DNA of 64,000 nucleotides from Sphaerodactylus townsendi (GCF_021028975.2 NC_059426.1:120094001-120158000); one strand, 5' to 3'. Positions 49,546 through 62,921 are shown, counted from the stretch's first letter. The notes: generated from the sequence alone by a model not told the origin. Numbers and translations are program-made.

Positions 49546-51919
49546 TAATTCAGGATTCCTTTATAGAGGCCCCATCATTCTTAGCTGATATCTGGGGACT
49601 GAGCAGCACTACTAGCAATGGCTCTTGCTGATGGAAAATATCAGTAAGCAAACAGGACTAGGCCTACATCCAGATTACCACAGAGAGTGTTCCTGTCACC
49701 AAGTATAATGTGAGCCATACAATTCTCAGCAATGGGGGAGAGCAGCAGGCATGAGATGGCAGTTTTATACAATGGGGAGTAATTAAAGGTATTTGGAGAT
49801 CTAAATCACTTTATGATATTGTTCCCAGTAGTGCGGAATGAGGAAGCGTGGAGAAAGTACATGATAGAAGAGGTGTCATTTGTCGTTTTTACAAATTACA
49901 AATTATAATTTTACTCCACTCTTCTTTCTGGGGAAATGTCCCAGCCATGAGGCAGCCAGTCACACTGCTGCTGCATCTCACTATATGTGGATTCACATGG
50001 GGGATGGGCCCTGAATGGATGGCTTTTCATGTGTGGTAAGAGACAGGATCCACTGGCATCCTTTCTCCGGCACTTAAGAAGCAAAAAAGTGAAGGGAAGG
50101 AGAATTGGTTCTTTGAAGATGAAGCAGGAGTTGACAGGGCAGTTTTGAAGAGATGTCTTTCTAGTTCACATGTGAATCCAAAGCCTTTTTTAAAAGCATC
50201 TGCCTGTTGAACTGAGATCTGTGAGATGAGGGTGGATGGAAAGCATGAAGAACCAAAGTCAAGGACCTCAGTACCATAGTCTAGCCTGTACACTTTCTGA
50301 TAGCCTTTGTTTTGCAAATTTGGTCACCATTCCACATGCTTGCTAGGGGCTATATTGCGAGCTGAAATGCTTTGAACCACTTTGAAATTGTAAGAGCATC
50401 GTTTGCTTGAACAAGCTGCACCTTTTGCCATGATGATGGTTTTATAGGGCAGCTTCTTGTGCAGGGTTAGTTATCCATTTGATCCAATCAGTTGCAAATT
50501 ACTAGATTCAAAAGATCCAACTATCTTGGCTGAATCCTATTTACCATTTATATGGCAGCTTGAAGTATTCAAAGTGCTCTACCTATATTATCTCCCAACA
50601 ACCATGTAAAGCAGGTCAATATTATTTCCCCCGTATTGCAAAGGAAAGACCCTGAGAGACGGCAGCCATCCTAAAGCCATCTCGACTGACTTCATTATGG
50701 GGCCAAAATTCAAAATAGTACAAAATTCGTAATTCAGTCATTTGGTCTCTATGTCCCATCAGTTTACACACTCACACATAGTAATCATTAGATGGTGGGA
50801 AATTTGTGTAGAGGGGCATAATGCTTTTTGGTCATTTGCTTCTGACTACGTTGCTCATGTGTTTTCCCCTTAAACTTTGCAGCTTTGTGAGGTGTGTTCA
50901 GCCACATTCAGCTATGGTTGTGTAGGGGCTGAATGACTGGATTAGTTCATCTTCACATATGCTCATCAAAAACTGATGGAAGATCATGAATTGCTTTATT
51001 TCATTACTCTTCTATACCAACAGTCCTCCTATTTGATTAGGTTTAATAGCAAAAGAATCAATATCACAGTAATACTTTAGAGCCTAACATAAATCTTAAC
51101 TGAACCTCTCAAAATTTTGCTGCGATAAAGCAGTACAATATCACTTGTCTAAGACAGTACATCATTGTGTGGCAGCTACATTCTGTAGCAGCAACTCAAA
51201 GACATCCCTTCATGGCAATAGCAGCCTTTGCTCTACAACTCAGTACCTGTGTACTTTGGCTCCCTCCGTATTCTGAAGATGCAAAGCTGGGTTGTAAAAA
51301 TAAATGATTTTTTGTATTCTGTATGGGGTGAGGTGGGGAGCTTCTAAAAAAGTAGAAGTTTTGAACTGATCCCAAGACCTTGTTTGGATGTTTGTTTTGA
51401 ATGTGTACCAAATTTTCTCACTAGTACATTGTAAAATATATTTTTGTGTCAAGGAACAGCAGCCCCCGCCGCTGGTTTCTGATGCCTATTCTATACAGTG
51501 TATGTGGTATTGCCAAGCATTTCACTCTCTGGATTCTATCTCCTTTTTATATCCAGGATTTATTGTATATGTATTCTTGTTTTGTTTTTCTTAAGAGTAT
51601 GATGTAAGAAGTATATGTTGTCCATCTGACCCTGTTGTAGGAATGAAGAACAACTTTGTAAGGAACTTTGTGAAGGATTCTCTTCATTCATGTACTGGCG
51701 TTCTCCTTATAACATTTCCTTTGAACACTGCAAGGGTTCCCCTGCCATTTATGAGCTCCTTTGCTTTGAAAAATTTCCTGCTCTGCTAAAGTGCTGTGGA
51801 TTAACAATCTCTGAAACAAGTTTCTAGAATGCAGCCTGGATGCATCTGACCAATAGGCACACTGCCCAAACATTCTGTCTGTACCAAAGACAAAATCAAC
51901 ATCTTTCAGGATAACAGCA

Positions 51920-52092
51920 AAAGAGGAAGAGCGGAAGAATTGGGATTTATACCCTGCTTCCCTCTACTTTTAAAGAGTCTTAAAGAGCTCCTCTTCCCAC
52001 AATAGACCCCTTGTGAGGTAAATGGGGTTGAGTGAGTTCTGAAAAAACTGCGACTAGCCTAAGGTCACCCAGTAGGCTTCATGCAGAAGAGT
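51920..52092 (-). mobile_element. SINE fragment, same family
   Basis: gatttataccctgc..cttgtgaggta..gactagcctaaggtcacccag. Confidence 0.65.
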
Positions 52093-52605
52093 GGGGAAAC
52101 AAAGCTGGTCTACGAACCATGACATGAACACTGTAATGTATATTCCTAGCTACTATCTGCTATTTTCTGGCTGTTTAAGGTGTTAAGATGCAAGCCCCAA
52201 GAACTGACTTGCTGAGTTCACATCTGAAAAAAGTGAATATTTCTGCATACCAACATATTTGAAAATTGTGTGAGTCAGTTATAATTTGGACACCAGACAA
52301 TTATATAAACCATGTTAACCAACAGTCAGTAACAGACAGTTACAGCAGTTGGTTAACATTATAAATTAAATGCTCTAGAGAATCAAAATACAGCTGAGCA
52401 AGTTCCACAAAAGATGCCAATTTGTTTCATATAAGGGAGGAAACTTCGTCTAGATTAGAACATAGTAAATGTATGAGGCTTTACCGGTGAGATTCTATAG
52501 CTCTGGATAACTAGACCTTCAAATAATAGAATCTGGCTGTGTGATGTCTATTAAGATGTGTGCTGTCATTAGCAATTGCATAAAAAACAAGTAGCATTTA
52601 ACATA

Positions 52606-52803
52606 CCCTGTTTCCCCGAATATAAGACATCCCCGGAAAATAAGACGTAGTAGAGGTTTTGCTGAAGTGTGAAATATAAGGCATCCCCCAAAAGTAAGTC
52701 GTAGCAAAGTTTTTGTTTGGAAGCATGCCTGACCAACAGAACACAGAAAAATAAGACATTCCCTGAAAATAAGACATAGCGCATCTTTGGGAGCAAAAAT
52801 TAA
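52606..52803. mobile_element. Tc2/pogo-type MITE fragment
   Basis: TA|CCCTGTTTCCCCGAATATAAGACA terminus and repeated AAATAAGAC subterminal motifs. Confidence 0.7.
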
Positions 52804-52943
52804 TGGGAAACACAGGTAGTAGTGCAGAAGTTCATGTTGTAAATGAGCATTACCTGTAGGTGGCGCTGCTGTTTGCTAAACTGCCTAACTTCATAATTTG
52901 TAGTTTATTTAGACACTGCTGTTCTAAAACTGTGTGTTGTAAA

Positions 52944-53568
52944 CAGAGGCGTATGGGGCCCAAATTGTGCCCAGAGGCAAAACCTCCTCTGGGCCCCCCC
53001 CCCAGTGCAACGTGGTGCCCTGCTTCCACCCATTCATACACACACACACACACTTACTTGAGGGGGCAGGAGATTCTCTTGTGCCGGGGCTGATGCCTGG
53101 GCAGGGAAGAGAAGCTGGCTGTGCAGTGGCCAGCTGCTCTTCTCTGCTCAGCAGCACCCATGGCGCGCACAAGGGACTGGAAGCCCTGGTGGCTAGCTCA
53201 GCTTTGCGCCTCCAGTTGGAGGTGAGAAGCTGAGCTGGCTGCTGGAGCTGCTGGGGCTCCCAGTCTTTCCCTCTGCAGCTGGGGAAGGCAGGACTGGGTG
53301 CTCCGGTGGCCAGCTCAGATTTGCGCCTCCAACTGGAGGCAAGGAGCTGAGCAGGGCGCCGGGTGCTGCGGTCTGCAGCCAGCTCCTAGGGACTGGGAGC
53401 TGGCTGAAGGCTGCGCACCTGGCTCAGCTCCTCGCCTCTGGCCAAAGGCGCAAACTGTTTGGTCACGTGGGGGGCATTTGGTCCCCCCCCACATGACCAA
53501 AAGGGGTGTGCCCAGGGACATGGGTTACCCCTAGAGTTACCCCATGTCCCTAGGGCCGTATACCATTG
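52944..53568. mobile_element. Non-autonomous hAT element, GC-rich
   Basis: 8-bp TSD GTTGTAAA (52936-52943, 53569-53576); imperfect TIRs CAGAGGCGTATGG / CCGTATACCATTG; internal repeat gctcag.tttgcgcctcca..tggagg. Confidence 0.8.
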
Positions 53569-54084
53569 GTTGTAAATCTACAAATGATTTGTTGTAAATC
53601 TACAAATCTACAACTGGTCAAATGTAACCAATTGGGAATTGCAGCTTTGTAGAGTGTTAGAGAGAGTCAAAAACATAAAGTATGGTTCCACTTCAGCTTG
53701 TAAGTCCTGCGATGACACACACTGTATTCAGATCTAGAAACTAGGGATTCAAGATAATAATTGAAGATTCAGTATGTGTAAAGCAAAATGCATCTTTTTC
53801 TGTTACTCAATGCTGTTGGTTGCTAGACTTGCATCACGCTCCACAGTGGAAATTCTAAACACAGATTGGACCCCTGTTCCTCCCCACGAAACTGGATCGA
53901 AAGTGTGCTAAGAGAAAAAGTTGTACTTACAAGCAGGTTCTGCCGGGAAATGGGATAAGGGGGAGAACGAGCGCCAGAAACAGGATGAATCCCTGTTTGT
54001 CGCTCAAGCAGCGGGGAGTTCTTGCTGAAACCTTGATATTTTGCATATCACACGATTAATTGACCGTGGGGAATCGACCTGTGT

Positions 54085-54146
54085 GTTCCTGCATGGCATG
54101 GGGTTGGACTTGATGGCCCTTGTGATCTCTTCCAACTCTATGATTT
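54085..54146 (+). mobile_element. CR1 3' terminal fragment
   Basis: ttcctgcatggcatggggttggacttgatggcccttgtgatctcttccaactctatgatt. Confidence 0.65.
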
Positions 54147-57051
54147 CCAAACTCATTGAATCAATGCATTTATAAGGATTTAACCCTCAAGTCCAAACCA
54201 GCATAGCAAATCACTCAGGCAGTTGTGATGGAACTGTGCAAAAGTTAAAATATAGAGCGATGTGTTCAAAATTGTGTTCAACATGCCTCTCAATGCTCAA
54301 TCCTGTCTGATTTGAGCAGGGACGAATTATAACAGATCTTAGTTAATCCAATGGTCTGTTTTATGCCACACCTCCCAGGCTATTCCCTGCCACTGACCCC
54401 ACCATACTCCCCACTAATTATTTTCTTGCCACCCGATTCCAGATCCTAGAATGGACCAGGCAAGAAATGACTGGCAGGGTCATCCTGTGGGCCGGTATGG
54501 TTGCTGAAGTCTGAATGTTGTTCAGCTGCCACTGTGCAAGGAGAGGAGGAATCAGGCACGCTAATTGGAGTGTGAGAAGGAAGTGGAGGGTAACTGGAAA
54601 CATTAAGGCTCCTGGCATCACTCATCTTCTGTGCTATCCCGCAACACCTTAGCTGGAAAGCTTACAGCAAGAATGTCATGATGCCAGAGCCATCACCCAG
54701 CAAGGAAAAAGGAGGTGCATAATTACCCACATGCTGAGTCCACCATGCAGTTTTCTTTTCCCATCCACCAGACTCCTCCTTCCTTCAGCACATTCCTAGT
54801 TTGAAAGAAGAAGTGAGAAAGAAGTGCTCACCCACTCAGCGAAAGAAAGAGAGAGAGAAGTCTGAGGCAGAAGGTAGCCAAGGAAGTGAAGGCAAAGGTT
54901 GAGAGGAAGGGAAGGAGGAGTCTAGTGAAGTGCAGTGAGCCTGCTTGACTTTTTTCTGCATGAACAAAACTTTTCTGTTCACACTGAGTGAGGGAGTAAG
55001 GTGTACATGTAACTCAGCAGATCTCTGACTACATAAATATCTATGGGAGACTTGGGGGGAAATTGAAAATCAATAAAATGACAACATTCTTGTGGCTTGC
55101 TAAAGAAATGTGAAATTACTTTAACAGGATAACAACATTCATGGTAACAAACACTTAATAAGAACACAACAACTTTACAACTACAAGTAATACTTAATCA
55201 TAGTGGCTATGAATATAGCACAACAGAGATGGACAGGATCTTCAGGAAAGGCACTCAGTACAATGACAAATACCAACAGAGTCTAGTAATTTAAAAAGCG
55301 TGGGGGAGAGTCCAAAATATTAATTAGAAGTGCAGGGCTGCTTTCCCCCCATCTGCTGGTTGTGGCGGCTACAGCTGCTGCAGGTCTTTCTCCAGCATGA
55401 TCAATTCCCTCAGTGAACCTCTGGACCTTCCCTCTCCTGCTGCAGGCTGGATTGACTGAGGGGGGTGGGACTCTTGCAGTAACATATGAGCAAATATGCT
55501 CATGCTCAGTTAGTCCTCTGTGTATTCTCACAGCCTCTCTGAAACATTCATTCAACAAAGTTGACCCTTCTCAACAAATTCTGGAACGGTGTCATGGCTC
55601 ATTCTGATTAAAATAAGCACTGCTTCTATGGAAAGCTATAGTAGAAAGAGAAAAATGGGAAAAACTAAAAATGGAGGTGATGAAAAGAATAATTCTTGTC
55701 CACTGTCTAATGAGTATTTTGACTGAAAAATTTAATAACATCCATGCTTTAAAACAACAATGTAATACATTAGTCCCAACACTAATGGGAATAAATGCTT
55801 CATGTTCTGAATTTCTGGCTATTGTGCAGCTGTTAAAGTAGTACAAGCTTTAGAAACCATAGTAGTGCATATGCAGAAAGTGCCAGCTCACGATGGAGCC
55901 AAGAATTTGGCTGTAACGCTAGCCAAAACACTGTCTTTTTTTCTAACCCTGCAAAAGCAAGGCTACTGCTTACACCATCTTCTGCTGGATGCAAACTTCC
56001 ATAGCCATAAACATATTGCCTCATTGCAAGCTTGCTGCCTTTGGCACCAGGTGTAAAAAAGAGAGTTATAATTAAAATGTTTTTTATCTACCTGGCAATT
56101 TAATCTATCAGTAGTGAAAAGTGGCTCCCAGCAGGGGAGTTTTTCTACTGCAGTGCTGGGCCTGGGCAGGAGGAAAAAAGGCTTTAATGGTTTTTTTTTT
56201 TGCTATTATAGTCACAGTAACTATCATTTTCTAATTAAATTAACTCTTGTAACCTTTTTGTACACTGGGAGAAAGTGCACAGTTATTTCAGGTGAAGAAC
56301 AAAAATGAATAAATGTTTCTAGGTAGAATTCTACCCAAGAAGAATTATGAAGACTTGCTGCATGGGACAAGTGTCCTACAGCTAAACTGCCTGGAAACCC
56401 CTGCTTGTTCCTGTTTGAATTTCAGCTTTTTGGTTGATGCAGCACTTAAGGTTATGCAACTACACTTGGGATTTTGCTGCATTGTTTTGAGTGAGGCTTG
56501 ATTGCTCAGCTTTTCTAGCTTAAGGAATACTGGAGAAGTGAGGCCTATCTAATGTTTGCACATTTATTCAGCCTGCCAAGGGGCTATGTTATCAGTTTCC
56601 ATGTGTTTTGCATGCCCCAGAATTCTTCATATCCTTGGAGCAAACTCTTCTTTCAGGAAAAAGTCAACTACTCTGGTATTTAGGACATTTTTGTCATCTC
56701 CCCAGGAACTTAACTGAGGTGATTTACAAAGTAAAAATATTAAAACATTAAAAAATATTAACTGAAATATAAGATTAAAAAGCCAACATAAAAACACAGA
56801 CCACATACTGTGTAAAATAAAAGTTTCCAGATTAAAAGAAACAGTGTAGGCACCAGGAAAGCCTAAATAGGCAGGGCATTATACAAATGAGGTGCCATGC
56901 AATGAACCTCCTACACTTTCTTAACTTCTTCAGGCAGGGAAACCACTCACTGACCTAGCTTGTCAGATTTTTCCACCTTTTCTTTTCAGGGACTGAGGTG
57001 CTTCAGAAATATGGTGTGGTATGATATAATGAAAGCACTTTCCCTCAGCCT

Positions 57052-57653
57052 TGTATCTGACCGAGAAGGCGAAGGATACCCATTGACTTAAACCTTTCCA
57101 CGCAAATCCCTTAATACGGCACACAAAATAAATACTGAGGCAGATTTTAAACTTAAACAGGGTGAAAGGTTTATTAATAGAGAGGAAATGGGAAAGAGAG
57201 ATGAATAACTTGGAGAGATGGAATGGATGAGGAAAATAAGGCAGGAGAATCTAAAGCTTGTACATACGCTAGAGCTGAGCACAGAGGTTCAGTTATTTAG
57301 TTTTTCAAGCACAGACTTAATAATACTTATTCAGTTTCAGTTCTCAGTTACAGTTCAGTTTATATGTTATATAGTTGTTTCTTAGATGGTACAGTTCCTT
57401 AAACGTAAGATGTTCTGGCTAATGGCTTGTTCAAACACACAAAGTTCTAACAGACTTGGTACATATACCCCACTCAGCCCTCACAGTTTGGAAGCCATCA
57501 ACTAAAACATGAAACAATCTACTGAGGAAATACAAAACAAAGGACTAAGTGGTAGCCAGGAATTCTTCCCTTGCTAGAAGATATACCTCACTGGTTTACA
57601 TATTTATGACCCTGTAGCTTGGCCCCTTTATAAACTTTTCCACCAGTTCTCTC
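57052..57653 (-). mobile_element. Possible LTR, truncated by the assembly gap
   Basis: Minus-strand TATAAAGG near 57625-57632, AATAAA near 57170-57175 and a TG terminus near 57052; no TSD verifiable. Confidence 0.35.
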
Positions 57654-57792
57654 NNNNNNNNNNNNNNNNNNNNNNNNNNNNNNNNNNNNNNNNNNNNNNN
57701 NNNNNNNNNNNNNNNNNNNNNNNNNNNNNNNNNNNNNNNNNNNNNNNNNNNNNNNNNNNNNNNNNNNNNNNNNNNNNNNNNNNNNNNNNNNN
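57654..57792. other. Assembly gap
   Basis: Run of 139 N. Confidence 1.
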
Positions 57793-57799
57793 AGAGCAA

Positions 57800-58170
57800 A
57801 ATTAAAATAATAGGAGATGGTTCTTCAAGTATTCTGGTCCTAAGATGTTTAAGTCCAAGTCTTACAAAAGACACTTCAGTCCCTGGACAAATATTCCTTC
57901 TAGCGTCCATCCCCACCCCCACAGGACCCTGATCCAAACCAAATATCATAACAAAGCAAATTACTGGGCTATCTGTTACCATGGCAACCCTAATCCAGGT
58001 TGGCAACTCTATCAATCCATTCATGGCAGGCATAACTCAGAAAATAAAACTAGGAATCTCAAAATTGGCCATCAGTTTAAAGATGATCATGGGGATTTTC
58101 AAGGCAAAAATTTGAAAAGGTATTGGAATATCCTGGTCCAGAATATCTCCAGACACCGCCCCCCATGCTA
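57800..58170. repeat. Unclassified dispersed repeat related to 9380-9735
   Basis: Shared sequence blocks with 9380-9735; followed by a half copy of the hAT MITE at about 58173-58251. Confidence 0.5.
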
Positions 58171-58254
58171 TTTCCAATTGGCCATGCTGGCAGGGGCTGA
58201 TGGGAATTGTAGTTCATGAACATCTGGAGTGCCATAGGTTTACCACCACTGTCC

Positions 58255-59580
58255 TAGCTGGTCTTGCCTTGATCCAGTGCTGGCTTGGCTGATGGGTTTA
58301 ACAGGATCTGAGAAGCAAGGGGGGCCCTCAGCCTCATGGTAAACTTTTCAGAAAAGCCAAGCCCCAGAGTCAGATACTATCTTTGCTGTGCTCTGCAGTC
58401 AGAACTCCATCAGCAAGGCAGCTGACTTGGGCATCCTGAATTTTGTCTCCCCAGCCTCTCTCCTTGGTGGTCCTGTTTAGGGCTTTAATGGTAAGAATCA
58501 ATACTTTGAATGGTGCACAGAAACAAATGGGCAGCCAGTTCAGATCTTTCAGCATTGGGGTGAAACAATCCCCCTATCCTGGCCTTGACAATAGTTTGGC
58601 TACTACATTTTGGAAGAGCTAATATTCCTAGACCATTTCCCAAGCCCCACATACAGTGCATTACAGTAATCCCACCTGGATGTAATCAGAGCATGGATCA
58701 CTGCGGCTAGATTATGCTTTTTGAGGAATGATCGACTCTGACATGCCAGCCTGATAAAAGGCACTCTATGCCACAGAAGAGATCTGGGACCAGAATCCAG
58801 AAGTGTCTCTAGACCAGGGGTAGGGAACCTGCGGCTCTCCAGATGTTCAGGAACTACAATTCCCATCAGCCCCTTCCTGCATGGCCAATTGGCCATGCAG
58901 GAAGGGGCTGATGGGAATTGTAGTTCCTGAACATCTGGAGAGCCGCAGGTTCCCTACCCCTGCTCTAGACTGTGAACCTGTTCCTTCAGGAACCCCCTAC
59001 AGAATAGGCTAACTCATCAGTCCTTGAACAGTTTTGGCATTGACTGGCCACACTTTAGTCTTGTCTGGACTGTGCTTGTCCGTATTGGCCTTCATGCATC
59101 GTATTAAAGTCTCCAGAAACCTGATCAAGACTTCCTCAGGCCCAACTGACTCAGATGTTAAGGAGAAGTAGAGCTGGATGTCATCTGCATATTTGTGACT
59201 CTTTACTCCAAATCCTTTAATGATCTAACATAGTAGTTTCATGTAGATGCTAAACAGCATGGGGACAAGATGGAACTCTGTAGGATCCCATAGCCTACAT
59301 GCCATAGAGCTGAACAGAAGTCCTCTAGCATTACTCTAGAGGATCGGCCATTCTAGTAATAGCAGAACCACTGAAACAAGATACTTCCCACTTCAGCCAA
59401 CCTCACCAGAAGGAGAACATGGTTGATAGCATTGAACACCACAGAGAGGTGCAGGAGAATCAACAGAGATACTCTCCCTTCCATCATTCTCCCAGAAAAG
59501 GACATTCATATGGTGATAAGGACCATTTGTTTCCCAAACCCAGGCCTGAATCCAGATTTAAATGAGCTAATATTCTAGAT
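58255..59580 (-). mobile_element. L2-like LINE remnant
   Basis: Encodes LKDLNWLPI...FKVLILTIKALN, HALITSRWDYCNALYVGL, YADD (tcatctgcata) and LLHLSVVFNAINH. Confidence 0.8.
58815..58962. mobile_element. hAT MITE forming a perfect 148-bp palindrome
   Basis: Two 74-bp arms, exactly complementary, no spacer; 8-bp TSD CTCTAGAC (58807-58814, 58963-58970). Confidence 0.95.
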
Positions 59581-60487
59581 AATCTATATATATAAAAAGC
59601 TAACCATTCGTTTGTTGGAAATGCCCTAACGCCAAAACGGCTGGACGGATCGCCCCCAAATTTTCACATGATGTCTCTCTCTGTTGCGGGCAGGTAATTG
59701 GACCTTCAAATCACCAAAAGTCCATACCTGAGCCAGGTAAAACGTATTTTTCCTGGCGCGCCAGGCCATGAACCTGCCTCTGTTTAACTTTCACCCTTAG
59801 AATGCTCGTGCAGCCTGTCTGTGGCCTGAGGGCTTGGTATGCCCTTAGAATGTTCGCAGAGATGGCCAGAGATGAGCAGTGAAAACAGTAAATAGGTAAT
59901 ACTGTTAGGTAATACGAGTGGAAGTGAAACACATACACACTTTGCTGTGTGAGACGTCAGGTGGGGTTCCCCACCCCCACACACATGCAGGTAACTTTCA
60001 CTCTCTGTGCCTCACCCACTACTACCACACAACACACATACTCTCATACACATCCAGCTCATCCTCACACACCTCACTCTGCCCTCCCTCACATCCAACC
60101 ACCACTTACCCACTTCCTCACCCATATTCGCCACAGCTCTCTTTTACTAAAAGCAAGCTGGAGTTTGCCTTTTTCTTCTAAGAAAATATGCAGGGTGGGG
60201 GCGAACCAACACTACTGGCTCCGCTTCTTTTGCACGTGGCCCTTTAAAAACCCAGGGAGCTGGCCTCGATCTGAGTGCCTCACCACCCTGCCTCTGCTGC
60301 CTGACTGGGATAGCCTCCTTGCCTCATTTCTGCCTTACCCAAGCCAGGACTGTGCATGTCAACCAGCCTCATGGACAGTGGGATTCACACTCTGGACAGT
60401 TCCGTTGTGGAATGGAAAGGGTTACCTTATACTAAAAACCAAGACAGCACCATATAATAATGTGAATTGAAAAGGGAAAGAGGGATT

Positions 60488-60692
60488 NNNNNNNNNNNNN
60501 NNNNNNNNNNNNNNNNNNNNNNNNNNNNNNNNNNNNNNNNNNNNNNNNNNNNNNNNNNNNNNNNNNNNNNNNNNNNNNNNNNNNNNNNNNNNNNNNNNNN
60601 NNNNNNNNNNNNNNNNNNNNNNNNNNNNNNNNNNNNNNNNNNNNNNNNNNNNNNNNNNNNNNNNNNNNNNNNNNNNNNNNNNNNNNNNNNNN
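60488..60692. other. Assembly gap (probably the SINE microsatellite tail)
   Basis: Run of 205 N abutting the 3' end of the SINE at 60693. Confidence 1.
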
Positions 60693-60965
60693 TCCCCCCT
60701 TTCTCTCCTGTAGGAGACTCAAAGGGGCTTACAACCTCCTTGCCCATCACCCCTCACAACAAACACCCTGTGAGGTGGGTGGGGCTGAGAGAGCTCTGAA
60801 AATCTGTGACTATCCCAAGGTCACACAGCTGGTGTGTGTGGGAGTGCACAGGCTAATCTGAATTCCCCAGATAAGCCTCCACAACTCAAGCTGCAGAGCT
60901 GGGAATCAAACCTGGTTCCTCCAGATCAGAGTGCACCTGCTCTTAGCCACTATGCCACTGCTGCT
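60693..60965 (-). mobile_element. tRNA-derived SINE (Squam3-like) nested in the Helitron
   Basis: Minus-strand head TGGCATAGTGGCTAAGAGCAGG and GGTTTGATTCCC; body closely similar to 1832-1930. Confidence 0.85.
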
Positions 60966-62921
60966 CCCAAAAGGCTATGCTGGGGATCATTGGACCTGCA
61001 TGGACATCTGTGTGGGTTGCGGACTGTGATGAGAAGGACAATTGCCACAGCAACGCGTGGCCGGGCCCCGCTAGTTTAGTATAAATTGGACCCAAATCAT
61101 ACTGTATTATAATGAATGGAACCTCATAGAAACAGAAGCAAGTCTCGGGAGGAATCAAGTGGACAACACACCAATCTTGCAAAAAACAACACCACCTGAT
61201 CAGAGGATGGCCTATTCTCCCCTCAGTAACTATGATGAATTGAATTGACAGTGTGGAATTTCCTTCCACACTGTAATCCATGACTTAATATAAATGATAG
61301 AGACTTTGGGATCTCTGAAAGGCTTTAATAAGTCACAAAACATTTGCAGTTAAATCCCCAAGGCCTTCAGATCGAAATCAAGAACACGAATCATGGATCT
61401 ACTGCAAACAACTTTAGTTGACAATCCAGTTCCATCAATGGGATCACCAAATGGGAGTTTTGCCATACGCTGATACATTTCCAAAATAAACACACACAAA
61501 GTTGTTCTGCAGAAGCAGGATTGTCTCTTTCTAGGGCCTACATCTGGCCTGTCCTCAGTCAATGTGCCTGTGGCAAAACTTTCCCAACTCTGCAGAAACT
61601 GAGCAGGATCCACTTCTTTCCCTCATAACTTGGGCAGCCACCGTTGGGTTGGCCAGGAGTGGATCAGGAGCAGCACATAGCTGCAGCAACTGAGCATGGG
61701 CCTCACCATCTCACTCATGAGAGCTGAAGGCCTCCCAGGAACTGGCCAGAGAGAGAGAAAGGAGTGTGTCACACTTTGCAGGAATACTGCTCTAAGAAAG
61801 AAAGGAGGGACTTGAGTGGTGCAACCCAGTGCCCCCTCTTTTCCAATTCTGAGGCCTGGGGAGACCCTGGGAAAGTGAAGTAGTGCAACAGCTGAAGGCT
61901 AGGTGGCAGTACTGGTGAGGGAAGAGCCTCACAATATCATCATAGCTTTCTCCAGGAGGAGGAAGTGATCAGAGAAGGAAAAAAAACTGAAATTCATGGA
62001 GTTCACCTTCAGTTGTCCTTCTGATTTCTAATTTGTAGGTGTTTGCTCAATTGTCTGTAAATTTACATTGTCAAGTGTGTTGCACTGTGGATGCATTAAG
62101 GCATCTGGGATGCCAGAGAGCTGTTTTAAACAGCACAACCACTACCATTCATACTGGAGCAAAAATATGTTCAGCATCACCTTACTGGTGATGCTGGTGT
62201 GGTTGGCTTTTCCATCAATGCCCTGGTTGACCTCTGGAATAAAGACATGGCCCTCTCAGGTCTAAGAACCTGTGCTCCTTCGTCATTGAGTGGCTGTGAA
62301 TGATGAAAAGACAAAGGGTACTGCTAGAGCAATAGTACAGAAAAAGTTGAGACAAATCAGACAAAGCATGGACTAGAGCTTATTTTAAATCTACTCCATG
62401 GTGGTCAGAGCCTTTTAGGTTCAGGCCTCCAAGAGGAGGTGAACTGTTCTGCAGCCTGTGCGATTATTTTGCTAGACACCTTGCAAGCAAATTCTCTTGC
62501 ATCTGTTTCAATGAGGACTGCACATTAGCAGTGACAGGATCAAATAATCCCAGGGTGCCAATTTGTCCAGCTGTGTGGGATATCTTTCAGCTTGCCAAGT
62601 CTGAAGAAACAGATAGGATTCTTAGAAGTTTGAAACCTGCCTCTACTCTCCTTGCTGCTTAAATCTACTAGGGTATAAAAGACTGGGTCCAAGAGAAAAT
62701 AAATGCCACCTTGAGAGAAAGGGGTGTCCAGCCCTGCCTTGCTGTAGGCAGTGGTGCATATATTCTCCAAAAGAATCCTAATTAGGACCATGGAGAGTTG
62801 AATAGCTACTGTCAGAGATGCTGCCTAACTATCAAGTTTTGCAACTGTACAATAACTGTGGTGATGGAGTTTTATTTCTACCCCATGATTTTGGATAGTC
62901 CAGTCATTAAATGATTGGGAT

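Larger units (their letters stand above)
59583..61074 (+). mobile_element. Non-autonomous Helitron containing a gap and a nested SINE
   Basis: 5' A|TCTATATATATAAAAAGC; 3' hairpin GCCAC-AGCAACGC-GTGGC followed by CTAG|T; no TSD, as expected for a Helitron. Confidence 0.8.

Noticed and set aside
52606-52803. Regularly spaced AATAAGAC repeats resembling a CRISPR-like array (also TATAAGTCGA at 10500-10590)
   Set aside because: Subterminal repeats of Tc2/pogo-type MITEs in a vertebrate genome; too short and irregular.
57596-60799. ORFs containing long X runs
   Set aside because: Artefacts of translating across N gaps.
61350-61760. Minus-strand acceptor-like tract plus an 87-aa ORF as a possible exon of a convergent gene such as SLC8A3
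   Set aside because: All three frames after the acceptor stop early, and no Na/Ca-exchanger or other recognisable peptide is seen.
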